A DNA stretch of 64,000 nt from Dehalococcoidia bacterium (GCA_965219845.1 CBDCOP010000006.1:628496-692495); one strand, 5' to 3'; positions 16,661 to 24,602 are shown, numbered from the stretch's first letter. Notes: a model not told the origin generated them from the letters alone. Translations and numbers: made by a program.

Positions 16661-17467
16661 CTAAAGTTCGATGCGCGTGATGTCCGAAATCTCGACTCCG
16701 CAGTCCCAATCACCCACGCCAACGACCTCGTATTCGACCCCATCCAGATAGGCTGTGGCCTCGAAGTCCCACGCGTAGACATGGCTGTCGAAGTAGTATC
16801 CGCCAAGCCCGCCCTTCACCAGTTGGAACGCATGGGGCTGCGCCGACGCGGCACGCCGACGCACGTCCGCCTCTCCACCCAGGTCGGCCCGAACGGCATC
16901 CTCGATCGCGTCGTTGTCGGGGCCGCTCTGCCAGCACTCGCCACGCGGCTCAGGCGTCAGTCGAATCTCGCTGATGAAGTCGAACCCCGAACACCCCGCG
17001 CGTTGCAGCATAGTCCTGGAGTCGTCATCGAGCGCCCTCCATGCCCCCACCAACGCCACGATAGCCTCCCACAGGTCGTCGGGCCCCTCGATGTTCGGGT
17101 CGTTCCAGGCATCATCGAACAGGTGTGGTACCTCCTCGTCCGGCGGGAACGTCTGCAAGTGTCGCAAGCCCGCATCGAACGCCGCATCGAGGGCCTCCTG
17201 GTAGAGCCGGAATTCCGGCGGCGCTATCAGGACGGGGGCCTCATCGACCATCGCCTCGGCCATCTCGCCCCACGTCCGAGTCTCGATGTCATCCGGGTCG
17301 TATGTGTCCTGTTGGTCTCGGTGGGCACAGCGCTCGAACGCGTACTCCCGTGGCGAGAGCGCGCCTACGGGAGTTCCCGTACACGCCATCAGTACGGCGG
17401 GCAGAACGACCAGCGCGATGGCGACGTACATCCACCATCTCCGTACGGACGTCGGTATCATCAACAC
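16661..17467 (-). CDS. Hypothetical lipoprotein (paralog B)
   Basis: Lipobox 'VLMAC'. Blocks shared with paralog A are 'LSPREY.(F/Y)ERC', 'TWGE', 'ALDDDSR', 'GC' and 'GEC'. The start is uncertain: GTG 17467, ATG 17461 or ATG 17431 (MYVAIALVV). Confidence 0.6.
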   Translation of the reverse strand: MLMIPTSVRRWWMYVAIALVVLPAVLMACTGTPVGALSPREYAFERCAHRDQQDTYDPDDIETRTWGEMAEAMVDEAPVLIAPPEFRLYQEALDAAFDAGLRHLQTFPPDEEVPHLFDDAWNDPNIEGPDDLWEAIVALVGAWRALDDDSRTMLQRAGCSGFDFISEIRLTPEPRGECWQSGPDNDAIEDAVRADLGGEADVRRRAASAQPHAFQLVKGGLGGYYFDSHVYAWDFEATAYLDGVEYEVVGVGDWDCGVEISDITRIEL

Positions 17468-17610
17468 CGTTGACTATCTGTAAACAGGCCATAGTTGTTG
17501 TACTTCTCGGCTTCCCATTCGACCTCGATGGGCTCGCCGATATCCCCGTGGACGCGGAGAACGTCCCGGTCCCGTCCGAACCAACTCTTGTCGCGCTCAG
17601 ACGTACTGCT
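17461..17610 (-). pseudogene. Decayed Phd/YefM-type antitoxin fragment (C-terminal part)
   Basis: It translates to 'SERDKSWFGRDRDVLRVHGDIGEPIEVEWEAEK...'. The intact antitoxin 31973..32239 reads 'EKPKSLFGIDRDKIVILGDIVEPIDVEWEAES', about 20/32 identical by eye. The N-terminal part is out of frame or absent, and there is no PIN partner. Confidence 0.5.
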
Positions 17611-17858
17611 TGCCTGTGTACCGTCCGTCCCCACCTATGTGCCCCCGTTTATGTGCCCCCGTGTCCTTTGGAGAGATTGTAAAGCAACCGGCGAGATGCC
17701 TGGCTCCGCCCAGCATGGCACGCCCCCTCTCCCGGCCGCAGGGTTGCGAGATTCTCGCCTGTGCGGGAATGACGCAAACGCATTCGTGGCTCGACGCGCT
17801 TACCGCGAACGGATGAGGCTGGAGGTCTCCGCCTGTGTCCGTGCGAGCCAGAGTCCCG

Positions 17859-18497
17859 CTACGCCCCATCCACGCGCCGGCGCAAGAGCCACACGAGCAC
17901 GCATCCTGTGATGACTCCGTACACGGTCCCGAGTACGGCCCAGCCCGCCGCGCTGTCTGTGACCCCGGCTGAAAGACCGCTCACAACCCAGCCCACGGAG
18001 CACGCAAGTATCCACCAGCCTGACCCGGCGATCTGCCGCTGCAGCACGAGCCATTGCACGACACCGACCGCGGCCCCGAACAGGATGGCCGTCGCAACGC
18101 CCGCGATATCCGCGCCCGCGGCGACGCCCGCACGTGCGCCCTCGGAGATTCCTGTGGCAACCCCCTCTGCCCTGCCTGCGGCAAGACCCTCGACCACGCC
18201 CGTGCCGATGCCCACGCCAATGCCCACGACAAGGCCGATCATGCCGGCGACTGCGCCGCCCGCGATGCCGGTCGCGACCCACCAACCTGCGTGGGCGATG
18301 TCCCTCCGCAGCGCGAGCCATTGCAGCACCGCAGCCGCGGTGCCGCCTGTGGAGACGTACACGACCACCATCATGCCGCTCGACCGGCCCAGCACCGACT
18401 CCATGGGGCCGCCAACAGCGAAACCGGCGGCAGTCGCCAGCACCCACCAGGGCAACAGGCGCCAGCTCACCAGGGCCTCTGTCCACACGCTGCTCAT
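17859..18497 (-). CDS. Polytopic membrane protein with a triplicated 'W..L....(A/S)GWW' helix motif
   Basis: ORF 17859..18797 trimmed to MSSVWTEAL (CAT 18495-18497). It is Gly/Ala/Val-rich and hydrophobic. The three repeats are 'WRLLPWWVLATAAGFAVGG', 'LQWLALRRDIAHAGWWVATGIAGG' and 'VQWLVLQRQIAGSGWWILACSVGW'. Confidence 0.55.
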   Translation of the reverse strand: MSSVWTEALVSWRLLPWWVLATAAGFAVGGPMESVLGRSSGMMVVVYVSTGGTAAAVLQWLALRRDIAHAGWWVATGIAGGAVAGMIGLVVGIGVGIGTGVVEGLAAGRAEGVATGISEGARAGVAAGADIAGVATAILFGAAVGVVQWLVLQRQIAGSGWWILACSVGWVVSGLSAGVTDSAAGWAVLGTVYGVITGCVLVWLLRRRVDGA

Positions 18498-18626
18498 GCC
18501 TCGCCTTCCTCGGCGAAGCATCCTAACAGAGGGCCGGGCACTTCCCCGCACCCCTGCCCCACCGTGTGACCTGGCGGTCACTCTGGATTCCAGCCTCCGC
18601 TGGAATGACGTGCCTGCTGCTCCCCT

Positions 18627-18653
18627 ATCCTGTGCATCCCGTCCATCCCTGTT
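18627..18653. repeat. Dispersed short repeat, family F (ATCCTGTGCATCCYGTCCATCCCTGTT)
   Basis: Also found at 34091-34113 (reverse complement) and 46836-46865. A degenerate copy lies at about 20217-20236. Confidence 0.75.
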
Positions 18654-18693
18654 CGTCGTTCGGGTACAATCGCGGCTGGACAAGGAGGGCGAC

Positions 18694-20175
18694 ATGCCAG
18701 TGCAGGACCTGCGTGAGTGGATCGCGCGCATCGAGGAGATGGGCGAGCTGACCCGCATCGAGGGCGCCGACCCCAACCTCGAGATCGGCGGGCTCACCGA
18801 CCTCTACCAGTGGGACATGGAGAACCCCGCCCTCCTCTTCGACAAGATCGAGGGCCACCCGGAGAACTACCGGCTCATCTCGAACGTCCTCACGTCGCTC
18901 CCGCGTATCTGCCTCAGCCTTGACCTCCCCACCCACCTCACGCGCCAGGAGTTCGTCAAGACGTGGCGCGACCGCCTCAAGGAGTTCACGCCCATCGCCC
19001 CGAGGCAGGTCGAGGACGGCCCCGTGCTCGACAACCGCCAGGTCGACGCCGAGGTGGACGTGACGCAGTTCCCCGCGCCGTTCTGGCACGCCGAGGACGG
19101 TGGCAACTTCCTCGGCACCGGCAACATCGTCATCATGCGCGACCCGGACACCGGCTGGGTGAACGCAGGCACCTACCGCGTCCAGGTCCATGACAAGAAC
19201 ACGCTCGGCATCATGATCTCCCCCGGCAAGCACGGACGCATGATCCGCGAGAAGTACTGGGCGAAGGGCGAGGCGTGCCCCGTCGCGGTGTCGTTCGGCC
19301 AGGACCCGCTGTTGCTCCTGCTCGGCGGTCTGGAGGTCGACTACGGCGAGGACGAGTTCGCGGTGGCGGGCGGCATCCGCAACGAGCCGTTGGACGTCAT
19401 CGCCGCCCCCCTCACCGGCCTGCCCGTCCCCGCCACGTCCGAGATCGTCATCGAGGGCGAGATCCCGCCGGACCAGTTCCACCAGGAGGGGCCGTTCGGC
19501 GAGTGGACCGGATACTACGCCAGCGGCGAGCGCGACATGCCCATCATCAACGTGAAGTCGGTGGTGTGGCGGAACGACCCCATCGTCATGGGCTGCCTGC
19601 CTGGCAAGCCCCCGAACGACAACACTTACTTCCGCAGCCCCCTGCGCGCCGCGATGCTCTGGAACGAGCTGGAGCGCGCGGGCGTGCCGGGCGTCGTCGG
19701 CGCGTGGTCGCACGAGGCCGGCGGCGGGCGCTTCCTCAACGTCATCTCCATCAAACAGATGTACCCGGGCCACGCCAAGCAGGTGGGACACGCGACGACC
19801 TCCGTCCACGCGGGCGCGTACGCCAACCGGTTCGTCATCGTCGTCGACGACGACATCGACCCCACCGACACGAACGAGGTGCTGTGGGCGCTCTGCACGC
19901 GCACCGAGGTGACGGACGACATCGACATTGTGAAGCGCATGTGGAGCACGTCGCTCGACCCGATGGCGTACGCCGGCGACGAGGGCCCGCGCTACTACAA
20001 CAACCGCATGATCATCGACGCCTGCCGCCCCTACGACCGCCTCGCGACGTTCCCGCCCGTCGCCCGCGCGACGCAGGAGCAGGCCGCCGCGCTCCGCGCG
20101 CAGTGGCCGCAGCTCTTCACCGCCGACGGCAAGGTCCGCAAGGACGTGCGGCGGGCGAGCAAGAACGGGGGGTAG
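18694..20175 (+). CDS. UbiD-family (prFMN-dependent) decarboxylase
   Basis: ORF 17908..20175 trimmed to 'MPVQDLREWIARIEEMGELTRIEG' (ATG 18694, RBS 'aaggaggg'). The 262 upstream codons overlap an opposite-strand membrane gene and repeats. Confidence 0.9.
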   Translation: MPVQDLREWIARIEEMGELTRIEGADPNLEIGGLTDLYQWDMENPALLFDKIEGHPENYRLISNVLTSLPRICLSLDLPTHLTRQEFVKTWRDRLKEFTPIAPRQVEDGPVLDNRQVDAEVDVTQFPAPFWHAEDGGNFLGTGNIVIMRDPDTGWVNAGTYRVQVHDKNTLGIMISPGKHGRMIREKYWAKGEACPVAVSFGQDPLLLLLGGLEVDYGEDEFAVAGGIRNEPLDVIAAPLTGLPVPATSEIVIEGEIPPDQFHQEGPFGEWTGYYASGERDMPIINVKSVVWRNDPIVMGCLPGKPPNDNTYFRSPLRAAMLWNELERAGVPGVVGAWSHEAGGGRFLNVISIKQMYPGHAKQVGHATTSVHAGAYANRFVIVVDDDIDPTDTNEVLWALCTRTEVTDDIDIVKRMWSTSLDPMAYAGDEGPRYYNNRMIIDACRPYDRLATFPPVARATQEQAAALRAQWPQLFTADGKVRKDVRRASKNGG

Positions 20176-20373
20176 CCCTCACTCTGGCCCTCTCCCAGAG
20201 GGAGAGGGGAGTAGTGCACAGGATGGGCAGGATGGCGCTGCGCTCCCTGACATTGTCATGCTGAGCGGAGCGCAGTGGAGTCCGCGCTTCAGCACGCAGC
20301 ATCCTCTCGGGAGACATCCACTCGTTCAACGCATCTCCAAGACCCATTGGGATATACGATGTAGGAATAGCGA

Positions 20374-20403
20374 GAGGGGCGCACCGTTGCGAGTGCGCCC
20401 CTC
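20374..20403. terminator. Perfect 11-bp stem hairpin (possible factor-independent or bidirectional terminator)
   Basis: GAGGGGCGCAC-cgttgcga-GTGCGCCCCTC. There is no clear U-tract on either strand, so the function is uncertain. Confidence 0.3.
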
Positions 20404-20686
20404 CGGGACAGCCTTTCAACTTGTCACGCCGCTGCCCGTTGCGCGTCGCAGAACATACTCATCAGGTGCCGTTAGCCTGCGCTGGATGGATGGACGACGT
20501 TCTTATGGTTGTTTGCCCTTCGGACGACCCTTCCGGGTAACAGGACTTGTCCGGTCGCACCTGCCAACCTCAATTCGATAGTAGCACAAAGCGGTCAGAC
20601 GAATATCCAACAAGCCTATTCAGAACGGGATACGGCGCCTGTCTCTGCAATCGCGCGGGCAGCGAGATACAGGATGCTGTGCACGT

Positions 20687-20716
20687 TTGGGCAATAGGTT
20701 CAGTATATGGTACAAT
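20687..20716 (+). promoter_or_regulatory. Candidate sigma70-type promoter for the brnA-like gene and cassette
   Basis: TTGGGC (20687-92), an 18-nt spacer, then an extended -10 'TGgTACAAT' (TACAAT at 20711-16), ending 30 nt upstream of ATG 20746. Confidence 0.3.
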
Positions 20717-20745
20717 CATTTGTACGCTCGTGAGAAAAGACCGCC

Positions 20746-21084
20746 ATGCCACCGCTTAAGCCTGGACACATAAGCCCGACGCCGGAAGAGGAAGAAGAGA
20801 TCCAGAGGGGCATCGCCCTGGACCTCGACAACCCGGAGTTGACCGACGAGGACTTCGCCCGGATGCGCCCCGCCATAGAAGTCGTCCCGCACATCGTGAA
20901 GGCGTACCGTGAGGGCAGGCTCACCATCGCGCCACATCTGCGCAAGGAGCACCCCAAGACGCGCGTGACGATCCGCCTCGACGCCGACGTCGTGGCACGG
21001 CTCCGCGCAGACGGCCCCGGCTGGCAGACGCGCGCCAACGCCGCCCTCCGCGAGGCGGTGCTGGGCAGCGAGAACGTTGCGTGA
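20746..21084 (+). CDS. brnA: BrnA-family (DUF4415-like) antitoxin/RHH protein, orphan
   Basis: 112 aa. 'NPELTDEDFARMRPA...KTRVTIRLDADVVARLRADGPGWQTRANAALREAV' is the characteristic BrnA C-terminal pattern. No BrnT (DUF497) ORF is found upstream in any frame. Confidence 0.7.
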   Translation: MPPLKPGHISPTPEEEEEIQRGIALDLDNPELTDEDFARMRPAIEVVPHIVKAYREGRLTIAPHLRKEHPKTRVTIRLDADVVARLRADGPGWQTRANAALREAVLGSENVA

Positions 21085-21791
21085 GCACCGGTTTCGATGC
21101 CTATAGCCTTGTTGCCCGCATCCTACCGGGCTATATCGCCATTACGCCGCTTATCTTGCTCTTTTTGTTCATGCCAAACGGAGTAGCGCTGTCATTCGGT
21201 GGAGCTGCATTACTCTTTCCGATTGTCTATTTCATTGCATATCAGATTGGAAGGGATTCAGGGAAGAGCAAAGAAAAAGACCTATGGGATAAGTGGGGTG
21301 GAGCGCCTACAACGCGTTTTCTTAGACATTCAAACAAAGAATATGACCACGTTGACCGCGAAGTGATTCATAGGAAATTGGAGAACATGAACATTGAGGT
21401 GCCTACTTCTGCCCAAGAAGAGGCTAACAAGACCTATGCTGATGCATGCTATATGACAGCAGTGTTTGTCCTGCGGGAGAGGACTAGGAACAAGGACAAT
21501 TTCCCGCTCGTCTTCTCAACATTGACTATCTATGGTTTTTATAGGAATCTATGGGGGCTCAAATGGGCAGCGTTAGCCATCATGTTAGTGTCGTTTGCTG
21601 GATATGCAATTAGTACGATACAAGACTGCCTCTCTCGAAGCGAAATAGCATCCATTAGCGCCGCCGTTATGATAAACACCGGATTACTGTACATCTGGGT
21701 ATTCAAGGTTAGAGCGGCAAAAGTGAAACAAGCGGCAGAAGAATATGCTCGTGCCCTCCTCGGAGCTGCAAGAGCGATGGAGGAGATTTAG
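21081..21791 (+). CDS. Hypothetical 4-TM membrane protein (low-GC cassette gene 1)
   Basis: GTG 21081 overlaps the brnA-like TGA (GTGA). Hydrophobic helices lie at about aa 10-30, 33-56, 160-180 and 190-210, with a charged ~100-aa loop ('DLWDKWGGAPTTRFLRH'). No family was recognised. Confidence 0.65.
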   Translation: MSTGFDAYSLVARILPGYIAITPLILLFLFMPNGVALSFGGAALLFPIVYFIAYQIGRDSGKSKEKDLWDKWGGAPTTRFLRHSNKEYDHVDREVIHRKLENMNIEVPTSAQEEANKTYADACYMTAVFVLRERTRNKDNFPLVFSTLTIYGFYRNLWGLKWAALAIMLVSFAGYAISTIQDCLSRSEIASISAAVMINTGLLYIWVFKVRAAKVKQAAEEYARALLGAARAMEEI

Positions 21792-22807
21792 TGCCAACGA
21801 TACATTTCCTCAACGTCAATGAGGGCGACTGTAACATAATTCAACACATCTCAGGCCATGTAACAATCATTGACGTCTGCAATGCTTCTAATCCGAAAGT
21901 GCATAATGAACATGAACAGTCAATGATTAACATGAATCGGTCAATTACTCAAATGCAAGAAGTGCTTGGTAATTTTAAACAAAAAGGCTGGCCCGACAAC
22001 CCGATTGAATACATGGAGCGGCACAGCATCAATCGAATCTTCAGATATATTCAAACACACCCGGACATGGACCACATGGATGGCATAGAGTCACTCTTCA
22101 CTCGATTTGCTCCGGTCAATTTTTGGGATACCAACAACACTCGGGAAATTACATCCTGGGACAAAGGCCCTTACAGAGAGACCGATTGGAAATTCTATAC
22201 TAGTCTACGAGACGGTAAGCTGACCAATGCTCCGAAACGGCTCTCCCTACTGTCTGGAGCAACGGGCCAGTACTACAATGTCAACGCGGACGGTGAAGCA
22301 GGCGGCGATGGGCTACAAATCCTTGCTCCCACTAAGGAACTGTTGGAAGATGCAAACAAGGCGAACGGCAACTACAACGACAGCTCATACGTCCTCTTGT
22401 ACAATACCGGGGACAGAAAGGCGGTGTTCGCTGGCGACTCCCACGACAACACCTGGGAACACATACTCCACAAACATCCTGCTTCAGTGAAGGACATCGA
22501 CTTGCTCATTGCGCCTCACCATGGCAGGGATTCCGATCGCGATTACAAATTCCTACGACACCTCAACCCCACTCTAACTCTAATAGGCAATGCACCGTCT
22601 GAACATATTGACTACAATCAATGGATAAACTTGGGTCTTTGGCATATCACGAACAACCAAGCGGGTTCTGTAATTGTCGATATAGCAGATGATTCCTGGG
22701 TTGTGTATGCAACTAACAAGACCTATGCCGAAAAGGCAAGTGATAAAACCGTCTACCATGACGGCCTTAAGGCTTGGGAAATTGGCGAGATACCGAGGAA
22801 GACCTAA
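21791..22807 (+). CDS. MBL-fold metallo-hydrolase, ComEC C-terminal-domain-like (cassette gene 2)
   Basis: GTG 21791 overlaps the upstream TAG by 1 nt, with an RBS 'ggaggag'. Motifs are 'IHFLNVNEGDCNIIQH', 'IQTHPDMDHMDG', 'VFAGDSH' and 'LLIAPHHGRDSD'. Confidence 0.8.
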   Translation: MPTIHFLNVNEGDCNIIQHISGHVTIIDVCNASNPKVHNEHEQSMINMNRSITQMQEVLGNFKQKGWPDNPIEYMERHSINRIFRYIQTHPDMDHMDGIESLFTRFAPVNFWDTNNTREITSWDKGPYRETDWKFYTSLRDGKLTNAPKRLSLLSGATGQYYNVNADGEAGGDGLQILAPTKELLEDANKANGNYNDSSYVLLYNTGDRKAVFAGDSHDNTWEHILHKHPASVKDIDLLIAPHHGRDSDRDYKFLRHLNPTLTLIGNAPSEHIDYNQWINLGLWHITNNQAGSVIVDIADDSWVVYATNKTYAEKASDKTVYHDGLKAWEIGEIPRKT

Positions 22808-23577
22808 TGCACTTCGAAATCTTGAACGTCGAACACGGATTCTCCGCCTTCGCTATTACCGACGATGGTAATCTTCTGGTGTTCGACTGTGGCAGTTCAC
22901 CCTCAATGAGCCCGACTGAGTACCTGTACAGCAAAGGCTTTAGGGAGGTTCAACAACTGTACATCATGAACTACGACGAAGACCATGTCCGTGACCTCCC
23001 CAATCTCAGGAACTATTTGAAGGTCAACGTACTAACAGCGAATCGGTCACTCTCCCCAGAACTGCTGAGTCAGATCAAGTCTCCTCTTACGCGGGCTATG
23101 TCGTCTACCATCCAGATGTGCCAAGAATATTCCAATCCTGTTAATCCACAGTATCGTGGAGTTGACATCGCTGTTCTCTGCAATTCCTATCCGCAGTTCA
23201 AGGATACTAACAATCTAAGTCTGTTGGTTTTCTTGCGTATGGGTGGTCTTTCTGTGGCAATCCCTGGAGACTTGGAACGCGCAGGTTGGCTCGCCCTGCT
23301 GCAAAATCCAGAAGTATGTCGGCGGCTTCTTGGCGTGAATGTTTTCGTCGCTTCACATCACGGTCGCGAAAGTGGTTACTGTAAAGAAGTCTTTGACTAC
23401 TGCAAACCTAGCGCAGTGATCTTTTCCGACGGCCCCATACTATATGACAGTCAACAAATGGCAGGCATTTACGGGCAGCATGCAAGTGGTATCAAGTTTA
23501 ATGGCCAAGGGCGTAGGGTGCTCAGCACAAGGAAGGATGGCACCATCAGTTGGGCCAACATAGTGCCTACTTTCTGA
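22807..23577 (+). CDS. Divergent MBL-fold protein with a degenerate metal motif (cassette gene 3)
   Basis: ATG 22807 overlaps the TAA of gene 2 (TAATG), with an RBS 'gaggaag'. Motifs are 'FEILNVEHGFSAFAIT', 'IMNYDEDHVRD' (in place of HxHxDH), 'AIPGDLE' and 'VFVASHHGRESG'. Confidence 0.75.
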   Translation: MHFEILNVEHGFSAFAITDDGNLLVFDCGSSPSMSPTEYLYSKGFREVQQLYIMNYDEDHVRDLPNLRNYLKVNVLTANRSLSPELLSQIKSPLTRAMSSTIQMCQEYSNPVNPQYRGVDIAVLCNSYPQFKDTNNLSLLVFLRMGGLSVAIPGDLERAGWLALLQNPEVCRRLLGVNVFVASHHGRESGYCKEVFDYCKPSAVIFSDGPILYDSQQMAGIYGQHASGIKFNGQGRRVLSTRKDGTISWANIVPTF

Positions 23578-23606
23578 AACCTGGCCTCCGTTGGGGCCTC
23601 CGCCCC

Positions 23607-24350
23607 CTAAATATCCGCCGACCTCGGCCTGAGCGACTCCGGGTTGGCGTCGACCCACTTCCAGTAGTGCTCCCACGCCTCCGAGACTTCGCCGCGCGTG
23701 CGGCGGTCCAGCGACGGCTGCAGGACGAGCGACGGCATCGCCTCCGGCGTGCCGATGAGCTGCGCGTGCCACGTCATCTCCGCGAGGTGCTCGGTCGCGA
23801 TGGCGTCTATCGTCGCGGTCTCGACGTTCGGGCCGGTGAACACCATGCCGTGGTTCTGCAGGTGGCAGGCGTTCGCGCCCTGCATCCGCGCGGAGACCGC
23901 CCTGCCCTGCTCGACACTGCGTATCAGCGCCTTGTCTTCGTCGAACATGACCGGCTCGTGGGCGACGGCGGTCGCGAGCTCGGGGTCGAGGAGCGGGAGG
24001 ATGGTCGCGCCCGCGAGGCCCATCATCGTCGCCCACTTCTGGTGCGTGTGGATGATGGAGCCGACGTCCGGGTGCGTGCGGTAGATCTCCGCGTGGATCG
24101 GCCATTCGCTGACCTTCGTGATCTTGCGGTCGCCCGCGCCCTCGATGTTGCCGTCGAAGTCCATGACGATGAGGTCCTCAGCGCGGACGCGGTGCATCTG
24201 GATGTGGGGCCACGGCTTGATGAAGAACGTGTCGGCGCCGGGGATGCGCGCGCTCGTGTGGCCGCGCGTCGTGCCGAGCCCGGTGAGGTAGAGGAGGCGG
24301 TGCGAGACGGCTACCGTCTCGCGCAGGGCTGCGAGTGCGTTATCGTCCAT
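23607..24350 (-). CDS. Class II aldolase/adducin-family protein
   Basis: 247 aa with 'GHTSARIP...FFIKP' and 'HAEIYRTHPDVGSIIHTHQKW', the class II aldolase metal-site pattern. Confidence 0.85.
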   Translation of the reverse strand: MDDNALAALRETVAVSHRLLYLTGLGTTRGHTSARIPGADTFFIKPWPHIQMHRVRAEDLIVMDFDGNIEGAGDRKITKVSEWPIHAEIYRTHPDVGSIIHTHQKWATMMGLAGATILPLLDPELATAVAHEPVMFDEDKALIRSVEQGRAVSARMQGANACHLQNHGMVFTGPNVETATIDAIATEHLAEMTWHAQLIGTPEAMPSLVLQPSLDRRTRGEVSEAWEHYWKWVDANPESLRPRSADI

Positions 24351-24383
24351 CGTTCGTTTCTCCGTTTCTCACGCCCCACCAAC

Positions 24384-24602
24384 CCTCACCCCTTGTAGGG
24401 ACCTTTGCACAACTCACCGGGGCGCCCTTGCCAGGGTGCGGCGGGGGACGTGATCCCCTCTCCCTCGAGGGAGAGGGCTAGGGTGGGAGTGAACTGGTGA
24501 GGGGCGTGATCCCCTCTCCCTTGAGGGGAGAGGGCTAGGGTGAGGGTGAACTGGTGGGTGGGTGGGTGGGTTATGCAAAGGTCTCCTTGTAGGGAGAGGG
24601 GG
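24384..24602. repeat. Repeat element related to family A termini, with an internal 56-bp tandem duplication (family B hairpins)
   Basis: The ends are 'ccttgtagggacctttgcacaac' and 'ggttatgcaaaggtctccttgtaggga'. The interior has two copies (24450-24505 and 24506-24561) of 'gtgatcccctctccc(tc/tt)gaggg(g)agagggctagggtg.g.gtgaactggtg'. Confidence 0.7.

Noticed and set aside
20258-20745. Search for a BrnT (DUF497) toxin, an integrase fragment or an ncRNA in the moderately AT-richer spacer upstream of the brnA-like gene
   Set aside because: None of the six frames gives a BrnT-like 'FEWD..K...N..KH' pattern or any recognisable protein. Only a family C repeat variant and one perfect hairpin (20374-20403) were found.
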